From the NCBI GenBank assembly GCA_964016885.1, contig OZ024744.1:99014001-99078000 (forward strand): a stretch of 64,000 nt of DNA. Direction: 5' to 3'. A program made the translations under genes and the position numbers. The stretch comes from Eledone cirrhosa. Taxonomy: Eukaryota. Below, piece by piece: positions 11,070-22,994 of the stretch (its first letter is position 1; each line of letters opens with the position of its first letter). Below the pieces are notes generated by a model. It had not been told where the DNA came from. It did not search any database and saw nothing but the letters and a program-made list of their open reading frames with translations.

Positions 11070-13098
11070 CAGAGGACAGAGATCAGTGGCTAGTGGTCAG
11101 TAAAGAGAGACAATCTATGAGGTAGGTGACAGGTAGATGATATATATAGAGAGAGGACAGAGATCAGTGGCTAGTGGTCAGTAAAGAGAGAGACAATCTA
11201 TAAGGTAGGTGACAGGTAGATGATATATAGAGAGGACAGAGACCAGTGGCTAGTGGTCAGTAGAGAGAGACAATCTATGAGGTAGGTGACAGGTAGATGA
11301 TATATAGAGAGGACAGAGACCAGTGGCTAGTGGTCAGTAGAGAGAGACAATCTATGAGGTAGGTGACAGGTAGATGAAATATAGAGAAGGGAAGAGGGGT
11401 AAAAATACCTCTGAGGACAGAAATCAGTGACCAATGGTCAGTAAAGTTGTGAGGTGGGTGACAGGTAGATGAAATATATAGAGAGAGGACAGAGACCAGT
11501 TGCTAGTGGTCAGTAGAGAGAGACAATCTATGAGGTAGGTGACAGGTAGATGATATATATAGAGAGAGGACAGAGACCAGTGGCTAGTGGTCAGTAGAGA
11601 GAGACAATCTATGAGGTAGGTGACAGGTAGATGATATATAGAGAGAGAGGACAGAGATCAGTGGCTAGTGGTCAGTAAAGAGAGAGACAATCTATGAGGT
11701 AGGTGACAGGTAGATGATATATAGAGAGAGGACAGAGACCAGTTGCTAGTGGTCAGTAGAGAGAGACAATCTATGAGGTGGGTGACAGGTAGATGATATA
11801 TATAGAGAGAGAACAGAGATCAGTGGCTAGTGGTCAGTAGAGAGAGACAATCTATGAGGTAGGTGACAGGTAGATGATATATATAGAGAGAGGACAGAGA
11901 CCAGTTGCTAGTGGTCAGTAGAGAGAGACAATCTATGAGGTAGGTGACAGGTAGATGATATATAGAGAGAGAGGACAGAGATCAGTGGCTAGTAGTCAGT
12001 AAAGAGAGAGACAATCTATGAGGTAGGTGACAGGTAGATGATATATAGAGAGAGAGGACAGAGATCAGTGGCTAGTAGTCAGTAAAGAGAGAGACAATCT
12101 ATGAGGTAGGTGACAGGTAGATGATATATAGAGAGAGGACAGAGATCAGTGGCTAGTGGTCAGTAAAGAGAGAGACAATCTATGAGGTAGGTGACAGGTA
12201 GATGATATATAGAGAGAGGACAGAGACCAGTGGCTAGTGGTCAGTAGAGAGAGACAATCTATGAGGTAGGTGACAGGTAGATGATATATAGAGAGAGGAG
12301 GACAGAGATCAGTTGCTAGTGGTCAGTAGAGAGAGACAATCTATGAGGTAGGTGACAGGTAGATGATATATAGAGAGAGGACAGAGATCAGTGGCTAATG
12401 GTCAGTAGAGAGAGACAATCTATGAGGTAGGTGACAGGTAGATGATATATATAGAGAGAGGACAGAGATCAGTGGCTAATGGTCAGTAGAGAGAGACAAT
12501 CTATGAGGTAGGTGACAGGTAGATGATATATATAGAGAGAGAACAGAGATCAGTGGCTAGTGGTCAGTAGAGAGAGACAATCTATGAGGTAGGTGACAGG
12601 TAGATGATATATATAGAGAGAGGACAGAGATCAGTGGCTAATGGTCAGTAGAGAGAGACAATCTATGAGGTAGGTGACAGGTAGATGATATATATAGAGA
12701 GAGGACAGAGATCAGTGGCTAGTAGTCAGTAGAGAGAGACAATCTATGAGGTAGGTGACAGGTAGATGATATATATAGAGAGAGGACAGAGATCAGTGGC
12801 TAGTGGTCAGTAGAGAGAGACAATCTATGAGGTAGGTGACAGGTAGATGATATATAGAGAGAGGACAGAGACCAGTTGCTAGTGGTCAGTAGAGAGAGAC
12901 AATCTATGAGGTAGGTGACAGGTAGATGATATATAGAGAGAGGACAGAGACCAGTTGCTAGTGGTCAGTAGAGAGAGACAATCTATGAGGTAGGTGACAG
13001 GTAGATGATATATAGAGAGAGGACAGAGACCAGTTGCTAGTGGTCAGTAGAGAGAGACAATCTATGAGGTGGGTGACAGGTAGATGATATATAGAGAA
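11070..13098. repeat. Purine-rich satellite, unit about 79-83 bp, about 25 copies, in the last DDOST intron
   Basis: Unit GAGGACAGAGATCAGTGGCTAGTGGTCAGTAGAGAGAGACAATCTATGAGGTAGGTGACAGGTAGATGATATATAGA. Length varies through internal (TA)n and (GA)n. Confidence 0.97.
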
Positions 13099-13737
13099 GA
13101 TTGAGAGAGGACAAGAAGTGTGTTGACACATAGAAGTGACTGGAAGAAGGAAAAGGTGATTTACAAGACACACACACTTCTTCACTCTCATTAGCTCATA
13201 ATAATAGTTTCTGATTTAGGCACAAGGCCAACAATTTTGGTGGTGGGGAAAGTCGATTAAACTGACCCCAGTGTGTTACTGGTACTTTATTTTATTGACT
13301 ACATAAGGATGAAAGGCAAAACTAACCTCGATGAGATTTGAACTCAATGTAAAGGGCCTTATCAGCTCATAACAATGAAAGTAAGAGGAAGGGGTAGGGA
13401 GTAGCAGTCTCTCGTTAAGATATCAGATAGAATGCTTTACAGTATTTGTTTCACCTCATTGCATGCTCTGAGTTCAAATCCCGCCATGGTCAACTTTGCC
13501 TTTCATCCTTTCAAGGTCAATAAAAAAAGTACCAGTCCAGTACTGGGGGTTGATTCTTCCTCTATAGAAAAATTTGGGTGTGTTTAGACCTGGAGAGGGT
13601 TGGGCTCCACCAGGTTTAAATGTGCCCTAGACACACCATATGACGGTGACTCAGTGACTCCACAAGGACTTAAGGGATCTATATCCTTATCCTTATAATA
13701 AGGTTTCCATGAAAGGCAAAAATTGACAAACACTTAC

Positions 13738-13844
13738 TTGAGTCAAGCTGAATAGATGTGTGAATCCCATTCTATTGTAGTCTACTCTGAACTGATACAC
13801 ACCATAAACATCAGGAAGCTTAAAACGTGTTGAAAACACACCGT
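13738..13844 (-). CDS. DDOST: DDOST coding exon 10 (107 nt)
   Basis: TATAG|AC...CAA|GTAAGT. Encodes [36 protein letters not shown]. Confidence 0.97.
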
Positions 13845-14849
13845 CTATAAAGTAATAGAAAAATGGTAAAATAGAAAATGTAGATTTTAAAATGTAATAA
13901 AAAAACAAAACAAAAAAAAAAAAAAAACCCAACATTTTCACGGTAAACACTTTACCTCACATAATATCGAATCTGAGATTTTAATATTTATTTTGAGAAC
14001 AATACCTTAACACCAGTATGAGCATTTAAACAGGCCATATCCGACCAGAATTCTCACCGACCACAACTGGCTGCTCATACTGATGTTAAGGTATTGCTCT
14101 CAAGATAAATAATATCAAAATCTCATAGATTTGATATTATATGAGGTAAAGTGTTTACCATGAAAATACAATAGTAAATATAGTGTAATGTAAATGCTAA
14201 AGGGTTAAATATAGTTTAAATCAGAAGAAAACATATTTTGAGTCCAATAACTGAAGTTATGTATTAAAAAAAACAAACAACAACAGTATACATTGGTTAT
14301 GAGAATAGACTGGAATAAAATTCAATACTGTAAATGTCTGCATGAATTACACGAGTGGGCTGAAAAGTTCTGTGGCTGATTATAAAGGATTGATGCTAGA
14401 ACTGTAAAATCTTGCATCCATTGATTTCAGCTCTTTATAATAGTAATAACTGCATTGTTTGTTTCCAGGGACTATGTTGAAAAATAAACCTCATTTAGTC
14501 ATTCCATGAGAGTATCTTGGTCAGCATATGAACTTTTCAGCTGACCCTTGTATGTATGTGGTAGCTAACATTAATAGCATAAATTAACCAATGAAAGGTT
14601 ATCACGTTCTTTCTTTCACTAGTTAAATGGTTCTTCTATTCCACACATGGTTTCAAAGAATGGTTCATGCACAATAATGTAAACTTTGAATATATATTTC
14701 CCAACAGTAAGGATATTAACATCCTGCAATGATTTAGCAGAAAATATTTAAAGAAGGAATTAGTTAATTTAAATTCTAATATATATATTTACTAGTGGAA
14801 AGATTGTTGTGAAGATTAACAGTCAACTAAAGTAAAAATTTTAATATTC

Positions 14850-16543
14850 AATGTGATACAGTCATAGTACTGTTTTGTACTTTTCAACAATGTCTTGTTA
14901 ATGTGGTTCCATGTGGTACAGGATGTTAAGAGTTAATGTGATAGTCATAGTACTGTTTTGTACTTTTCAACAATGTCTTGTTAATGTGGTTTCACATGGT
15001 ACAGGATGTTAAGAGTTAATGTGATACAGTCATAGTACTGTTTTGTACTTTTCAAGAATGTCTTGTTAATGTGGTTTCACATGGTACAGGATGTTAAGAG
15101 TTAATGTGATACAGTCATAGTATTGTTTTGTACTTTTCAACAATGTCTTGTTAATGTGGTTTCATGTGGTACAGGATGTTAAGAGTTAATGTGATACAGT
15201 CATAGTACTGTTTTGTACTTTTCAACAATGTCTTGTTAATGTGGTTTCATGTGGTACAGGATGTTAACAGTTAATGTGATACAGTCAAAGTACTGTTTTG
15301 TACTTTTCAACAATGTCTTGTTGATGTGGTTTCACATGGTACAGGATGTTAAGAGTTAATGTGATACAGTCATAGTACTGTTTTGTACTTTTCAAGAATG
15401 TCTTGTTAATGTGGTTTCACATGGTACAGGATGTTAAGAGTTAATGTGATACAGTCATAGTACTGTTTTGTACTTTTCAACAATGTCTTGTTAATGTGGT
15501 TTCATGTGGTACAGGATGTTAAGAGTTAATGTGATGCAGTCATAGTATTGTTTTGTACTTTTCAACAATGTCTTGTTAATGTGGTTTCATGTGGTACAGG
15601 ATGTTAAGAGTTAATGTGATACAGTCATAGTACTGTTTTGTACTTTTCAACAATGTCTTGTTAATGTGGTTTCATGTGGTACAGGATGTTAAGAGTTAAT
15701 GTGATACAGTCATAGTACTGTTTTGTACTTTTCAACAATGTCTTGTTAATGTGGTTTCATGTGGTACAGGATGTTAAGAGTTAATGTGATACAGTCATAG
15801 TACTGTTTTGTACTTTTCAACAATGTCTTGTTAATGTGGTTTCATGTGGTACAGGATGTTAAGAGTTAATGTGATGCAGTCATAGTATTGTTTTGTACTT
15901 TTCAACAATGTCTTGTTAATGTGGTTTCATGTGGTACAGGATGTTAAGAGTTAATGTGATACAGTCATAGTACTGTTTTGTACTTTTCAACAATGTCTTG
16001 TTAATGTGGTTTCATGTGGTACAGGATGTTAAGAGTTAATGTGATACAGTCATAGTACTGTTTTGTACTTTTCAACAATGTCTTGTTAATGTGGTTTCAT
16101 GTGGTACAGGATGTTAAGAGTTAATGTGATACAGTCATAGTACTGTTTTGTACTTTTCAACAATGTCTTGTTAATGTGGTTTCATGTGGTACAGGATGTT
16201 AAGAGTTAATGTGATACAGTCATAGTACTGTTTTGTACTTTTCAACAATGTCTTGTTAATGTGGTTTCATGTGGTACAGGATGTTAAGAGTTAATGTGAT
16301 GCAGTCATAGTATTGTTTTGTACTTTTCAACAATGTCTTGTTAATGTGGTTTCATGTGGTACAGGATGTTAAGAGTTAATGTGATACAGTCATAGTACTG
16401 TTTTGTACTTTTCAACAATGTCTTGTTAATGTGGTTTCATGTGGTACAGGATGTTAAGAGTTAATGTGATACAGTCATAGTACTGTTTTGTACTTTTCAA
16501 CAATGTCTTGTTAATGTGGTTTCATGTGGTACAGGATGTTACA
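14850..16543. repeat. 85-bp satellite, about 20 copies, in DDOST intron 9
   Basis: Unit GTTAATGTGATACAGTCATAGTACTGTTTTGTACTTTTCAACAATGTCTTGTTAATGTGGTTTCATGTGGTACAGGATGTTAAGA. The period was checked (15015 to 15100). Confidence 0.97.
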
Positions 16544-16650
16544 AGTGAAGTTCAGTGAATTAATGAGATCTGTCAAGCATGTATATATCGTTTACACCTG
16601 GTAAAATGATATAAGATTTAACAATAACTATTTGAATAAAATTATTTTAC

Positions 16651-16771
16651 CTTTCCCTTGTAAAGTTTGGCATATAAATGGATCAATGCGTACAAATTCT
16701 AATTGTACAACTTCAGCCTGAAACGGTCGCCATTTTCCATTAGCATATTCTTCAATTTCAATGCTGTATTC
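16651..16771 (-). CDS. DDOST: DDOST coding exon 9 (121 nt)
   Basis: CAAAG|GAA...AAAG|GTAAAA. Encodes [40 protein letters not shown]. Confidence 0.95.
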
Positions 16772-16859
16772 CTTTGAGAGAGGGAAAAAAAATAAAGGTA
16801 TTTATTTTTTAAAAAATAATGTCGTAATGGGCATGTGGTTAGAATGTCTCAAGAAAGAA

Positions 16860-17080
16860 TCACTGGACAGATTTTACGGGCAAAACCAACCGACAGGAGA
16901 CCCAGGGGTAGACTTCAAGCAAGATGGTTGGATAACATCCATGAGCTCTTGACTGGTTTTGCTTGCGGATCCAGCTGGATCAGTTGGAGATGGTTGCTTC
17001 TGACATGACCCGCTGGAGGGAGTGTTTGAGGACTCTGCCCCCACGGCCCACTCAAGAATAAGTAGGTGAAGATGAAGATA
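16860..17080 (+). mobile_element. RTE-clade LINE 3' fragment (second family)
   Basis: RRPRGRLQARWLDNIHEL...QLEMVASDMTRWRECLRTLPPRP* followed by a (GATGAA)n tail. Confidence 0.65.
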
Positions 17081-17348
17081 TTGAAATGGCTTCTTTCAAG
17101 AATGTATTGTCCAACTTAGCAAGTAAAAATAGAATCTTCCAAGATATGACAATCTATGTAATTCATCCTTTTCCCTACAACAACCGTCCCAACAGGAAAA
17201 GGAAAAGAGAAAATATGTTCCTCATGATATAGCAAGGGAGAATCATATAACTCATATAAAATGACATTATACACTGTAAAGTGGTTGGTGATAGGAAGAT
17301 TATCTAGCCGTAGAAAACTTGCCAAAGGGCTGAGAGGACTCTTTAGCT

Positions 17349-17580
17349 GTGTCAAAGACATGACATCCTCCCTCGTGCTGGTGTCAAAGACATGACACCC
17401 TCCCTTGTGCTGGTGTCAAAGACATAACAACCTCCCTGGTGTTGGTGTCAAAGACATAACAACCTCCCTGGTGTTGGTGTCAAAGACATAACAACCTCCC
17501 TGGTGTTGGTGTCAAAGACATAACAACCTCCCTGGTGTTGGTGTCAAAGACATAACAACCTCCCTGGTGCTGGTGTCATG
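17349..17580. repeat. 32-bp minisatellite, about 7 copies, inside a SINE-tail-related element
   Basis: Unit GTGTCAAAGACATAACAACCTCCCTGGTGTTG. Confidence 0.85.
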
Positions 17581-17764
17581 ATAAAATGTACCCAGTACAC
17601 TCTGTAAAGTGGATGATGATAGGAAGGGCATGCAGATATAGAAAACTTTCCAAACTAAGGGTTAAGACCCTTGGGTTGTGTCAAAGGCATGACAACCTCG
17701 CTAGTGCTGGTGACATGACAGCATGCACTGGGAGCACTCTGCAGAGTGAGGGAACATATGTGGA

Positions 17765-18128
17765 CAAATAGTACCAGTGATGCACTGGGGTCGATTTACT
17801 TGAACTCCCCCCCACCCACAAAAATATTGCTGGCCTTGTGTCTAAATCAGAAACTATTATTATAAGTTTGCAGATAAAGCACCAGTAATGCACTGGGGTC
17901 GATTTACTCGACCCCCCCCCCCCCCATCCACAAAAATATTGCTGGCTTTGTGCCTAAATCAGAAACTATTATTATAAGTTTGCAGTTAAAGCACCAGTAA
18001 TGCACTGGGGTCGATTTACTCGAACTCCCCCCACCCACAAAAACATTGCTGGCCTTGTGCCTAAATCAGAAACTATTATTATAAGTTTGCAGATAAAGCA
18101 CCAGTAATGCACTGGGGTTGATTTACTC
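17765..18128 (+). repeat. Tandem triplication (about 120 bp) of a Nin-SINE 3' end
   Basis: Three copies of ACCAGTAATGCACTGGGGTCGATTTACT...GCTGGCCTTGTGCCTAAATCAGAAACTATTATTAT. Confidence 0.8.
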
Positions 18129-18318
18129 GCAAAAAAAAACAAAAAAAACCCCGTCAGTGCCGCAGACGAGAGGTTACTATTTTATTGATGTGTGACGTTT
18201 GTCAATCAAAATAGTCATTTTACTGGGACCCCCCACCCCCCGGTACAGCAACTGCAGCTGTGCGCAATATATGCGCCAGTCAACAGCTTAATAACATACA
18301 ATATCAAATGTAACTTAC

Positions 18319-18466
18319 AACATCATCCAAAATGGTATATGCGGGAGGTGGGACAGTTTCACTGGCAATATGGTGAGATACTTTACGAACTCGCAGGACA
18401 CCTTTCATTTTCAAAACCCATTCAGCTAAATTGGCGGCAAGTTCCTGATTGCCAGATTTCTCAACA
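18319..18466 (-). CDS. DDOST: DDOST coding exon 8 (148 nt; absent from the ORF track)
   Basis: TTTAG|T GTT...GTT|GTAAGT. Encodes VEKSGNQELAANLAEWVLKMKGVLRVRKVSHHIASETVPPPAYTILDDV, homologous to [22 protein letters not shown]...SHH. Confidence 0.95.
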
Positions 18467-19056
18467 CTAAATCAAATAAATAAAATAAACAAAGAAATGC
18501 AACTGTAAATTATTTTTTTAACTGAAGATTACAAAATATTTATTTCAATAAATTTCATCAAGGAATAATTTCAAATGTACCACATTTGACGGTTTATAAG
18601 ACCCCTCCCTATTAACCTCCCCCAGAAAACCACCCTGTATCTTATAACAAGGGGTCAGCTTGGGTTAATGGGTGGTGGAATTATAGTGCTACAGTGGCTC
18701 TTAAATTAAACTGCGAACATCTCTGAAAATGTAAACAAGGTGGCGATCGTTTCTACACAAACAATGATACTGCTTTTCTAAAAAAAGTTACGATTTTAAT
18801 AAATTTTATGATGAATAAAATAAATTTATTTTCACACTTCCTTATGTTTTAAAAATGTACTAAAATATTAAAACTAGGATTACAATGTAGAATGATAATA
18901 AAAAACAAATACAATGTACAAACTTTATACCCTTCACCCGACATTCATAGTTTAAACCCATTTTTTCTTTTTTTAAAGGCCTGCCTAAATTGAGTTGCGT
19001 CTTATAAGCCATTAAATGCTATATTTATTTGCTAGAGTATAAAATAAATCCCGTAC

Positions 19057-19202
19057 CGTACTCCATCGCTAGCCTTCTGTACAGGGGCTGTGAAAAACTG
19101 GTCACTGAAAAAGTCTAGAGAACCAACAAAGACAACTCTGGCATTGTTCCTAGCTTGTAAAGCAGCAATAAGTAAAGTGTTCTTGCCCACAGCATGAGGA
19201 AA
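19057..19202 (-). CDS. DDOST: DDOST coding exon 7 (146 nt)
   Basis: TTTCAG|TTT...CG|GTACGG. Encodes [49 protein letters not shown], including the LQARNNARV hallmark. Confidence 0.96.
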
Positions 19203-19624
19203 CTGAAACAGAACAAAAAAATTATAAAACACACACACACATATATATACATATATATAACAGAGTTTTGTAGATTGCTTGAAGCACTGTTGAATAGGAA
19301 ACACAAATTCAACTTTGATACAACAAAGTTTTACTTTAAATTGCTATAACTAAATAGTGACCGTTATGTATGTTTCACAAATATTTGGCTCGAAGTCTAT
19401 AACGATCCAATAGATCTGATTCCAGCATCAATCTGCTCCCCAGAGACTTGTCGACTAAACCAAAATATTTACATCTCAAGTCAATTATCTGTGAAACATG
19501 TAATGGTTGATATTTGTTAAAAACTTAGTATATTCACTCATCTATAGCATCGTGTGTGCACATTAGTTCCACCGAGAGTAATGAACATACATACATATAT
19601 AATAGCATACTGGAATCCATATAG

Positions 19625-20830
19625 AATATGGTTTGCCATGACAAAAAGCCCCCTCCCCACACGGTAAAGTGGTCGTTTTGATGCTACAATAAAAAGCACT
19701 TAGTCCACACTGTAAAATAGTCGTTTTGGTGCCACAATAAAATGCACCCAGTCCACACTGTAAAGTGGTCATGTAGGTGTCATGACAAAAAGCACCCAGT
19801 CCACACTGTAAAGTGGTCATGTAGGTGTCATGACAAAAAGCACCCAGTCCACACTGTAAAGTGGTCATGTAGGTGTCATGACAAAAAGCACCCAGCCCAC
19901 ACTGTAAAGTGGTCATGTAGGTGTCATGACAAAAAGCACCCAGTCCACACTGTAAAGTGGTCATGTAGGTGTCATGACAAAAAGCACCCAGTCCACACTG
20001 TAAAGTGGTCATGTAGGTGTCATGACAAAAAGCACCCAGTCCACACTGTAAAGTGGTCATGTAGGTGTCATGACAAAAAGCACCCAGTCCACACTGTAAA
20101 GTGGTCATGTAGGTGTCATGACAAAAAGCACCCAGTCCACACTGTAAAGTGGTCATGTAGGTGTCATGACAAAAAGCACCCAGTACACACTGTAAAGTGG
20201 TCATGTAGATGTCATGACAAAAAGCACCCAGTCCACACTGTAAAGTGGTCATGTAGGTGTCATGACAAAAAGCACCCAGTCCACACTGTAAAGTGGTCAT
20301 GTAGGTGTCATGACAAAAAGCACCCAGTCCACACTGTAAAGTGGTCATGTAGGTGTCATGACAAAAAGCACCCAGTCCACACTGTAAAGTGGTCATGTAG
20401 GTGTCATGACAAAAAGCACCCAGTACACACTGTAAAGTGGTCATGTAGATGTCATGACAAAAAGCACCCAGTCCACACTGTAAAGTGGTCATGTAGGTGT
20501 CATGACAAAAAGCACCCAGTCCACACTGTAAAGTGGTCATGTAGATGTCATGACAAAAAGCACCCAGACCACACTGTAAAATGGTCATGTAGGTGTCATG
20601 ACAAAAAGCACCCAGTACACACTGTAAAGTGGTCATGTAGGTGTCATGACAAAAAGCACGCAGTCCACACTGTAAAGTGGTCATGTAGATGTCATGACAA
20701 AAAACACCCAGTCCACACTGTAAAGTGGTCATGTAGATGTCATGACAAAAAGCACCCAGACCACACTGTAAAGTGGTTGTGTAGGTGTTATGAGAAAAAA
20801 CACCTAGTCCACACTGTAAATGTGGTTGGC
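19625..20830. repeat. 48-bp satellite, about 25 copies, in DDOST intron 6
   Basis: Unit CACCCAGTCCACACTGTAAAGTGGTCATGTAGGTGTCATGACAAAAAG. Runs directly into the SINE tail AGGAAGGGCATCC. Confidence 0.97.
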
Positions 20831-21654
20831 GCTAGGAAGGGCATCCAACGATAGAAACGATTCTTTATGAGCAAGACATGATCATCTGGTTTGGCTTGTC
20901 TCAATGGGAAAACCTGTTTAATATATGCTAGCATTGAATATGGACATTAAACAGTGTTGATGATATTAAACATTTATTTAGTCATGCTACATGTATGTTG
21001 ATTATATATAAACATTGTATATGGGTTCATATACATCTTAATTCTGAATCACGGCTATTGTGTTCCACTGCTAAATAAGGCACATAACTCTACTTTCTCC
21101 AATTTACCAGAGTAAACAAGGAAAAAAAGAAAGGCCAATTCACTGTTGGAAATAGAAAAGGATATCTAGAGGTAAAATATTTTACCTCAATAAATATCAG
21201 ACTCCCCTACTGTGCTAACTTTGAAACATGGATGTAAAAAGAAACCACGCTGAAAAGGTTTCAAAGGACTTTGATGACCTCCCTAGCGTTGGGGCCGCGA
21301 TAAAACATATCTGGTACAATCTGTACTGTAGTTGGTGATAGGAAGAGCATTGAGCTGTATATAATTTACCAAACGAAATATTGAGAGGAGTCTATAGTTC
21401 TGTCAAAGACACGATAACCTCCCTAGTGCTGGTGTGGTGCCATGATAAAATGCACCCAGCACCCAGTGCACTCCGTAGAGAGCAGGAATGAATGTAAGTA
21501 AGTGAGATATGCCAATCTCAGTCAGTAGTTCCAAATAAGTATTGTCTTTCTCTGTGATGACCCATCTAAACCTTTGCTAGCAGGGAAAACAGATGTTAAA
21601 TTATGATGATGACGATGAGAGAAAACTGACTAATATATGTTCTGAAACACCAAC

Positions 21655-21748
21655 CTCATCAATTTTGTTGTTTGGATTGAAAGAATAAGCTGTGGATGAT
21701 CCGTGAAGAACATTTAGAACAAGGGGATTTTCTGAGTCAGCTATCATT
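21655..21748 (-). CDS. DDOST: DDOST coding exon 6 (94 nt)
   Basis: TTCAG|A ATG...GAG|GTTGGT. Encodes MIADSENPLVLNVLHGSSTAYSFNPNNKIDE. Confidence 0.95.
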
Positions 21749-22419
21749 CTGAAATATTGCAAAATATAGAAAAATAAAAAGATGGCCATTAACATCATCA
21801 AACAACACGATTATATATTGTAATTTCAATGGATTAATGAAGAATTTTGAGGGATTTAGTAAAAGTGTTTATTTCATTACTAAGATAGTAACTTAACATT
21901 TTATGTCAGATTTCAATCTTCAAAATGGGTGATTTTGTTTCATAGAGCTAGAGCCTGCTTTGAGCAGGGTTAGTATCAAAAGAGTTAAATAGCAACTTTT
22001 TAAAATGGCTGGTTTTGCTTTTTTTAGAACCAGAGCCAGTTTGGGGCAACCAAGATAGTAACTTAAAACACTGTTCTTATATAAAATTATGTTGGAAATA
22101 TTAAATAAAATAGAAACTTTTTAAAATGGGTGGTTTTGTTTCATAGAACCAGAGCTGGTTTGGGGTGAGGTTGTTATCAAAAGGGCCAAATAGAACCCTT
22201 TAAAATGGGTGGTTTTGTTTCATAGAACCAGAGCTGATTTGGGGTGAGGTTGTTATTAAAAGGGAGAGATAGGAACCCGTTAAAATGAGTGGTTTTGTTT
22301 TGTAGAACAAGAGCAGGTTTTGGAATGGGGTTGGTATCAAAAAGGTTAATCCCACTATTCACTGAGGACAGTGTAAAGGTCATAAATACTGCCCCTCCTC
22401 TGATTAAATCATATATACT

Positions 22420-22804
22420 GGAGACACATGGCTTAGTGGTTAGAGCATTAGCCTTGCAATCGAAAGGTTGTGAGTTCAATTCTCAGACCGGGTGATCTGT
22501 TGTTTCCTTGAGCAAGACATTTTATTTCACATTGCTCCAGTTTACTCAGCTGTAGAAATGAGATGATAGGGACTGGGGTCTCTATCATTCCACTGCAAAG
22601 TGGTCGTGGAGGTGTCACGGCAAAAAAAAGCACCCAGCACTCACTGTAAAGTGGACCTGTAGACGCCATGGAAAAAAAGCACCCAGCACTCACTCTAAAT
22701 GAGGTTGGTGTTAGGAAGAGCATCCAACTGTAGAAATCAAGCCAGAATCAGTTCCCGTTCCACCCTTGCAAGCAGGGGAAAGCGGACGTAAAATGATGAT
22801 GATA
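22420..22804 (+). mobile_element. Full-length CORE-type tRNA SINE with two internal 48-bp-type units
   Basis: Close match to 4387-4725. Confidence 0.88.
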
Positions 22805-22994
22805 ACCACCAAATTCATTTTTGGCTATCATCATCATCATCAACTTGATTATTACTGAAGCAGATCATGCAGCATTTAGTTATGTCCCCAGTTAAGGTTC
22901 CAGTAACATACCAACATTCATACTCTCACCCCCACCCACCAAGCTGTCACATCGGTACCTTTCCAGTCTGGCTGGCCGAGGACACAACCACTGC

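Noticed and set aside
19563-20854. 389-aa and 370-aa Cys/His-rich ORFs resembling metal-binding repeat proteins
   Set aside because: They are translations of a 48-bp (16-codon) SINE-derived satellite, open on both strands, inside a DDOST intron.
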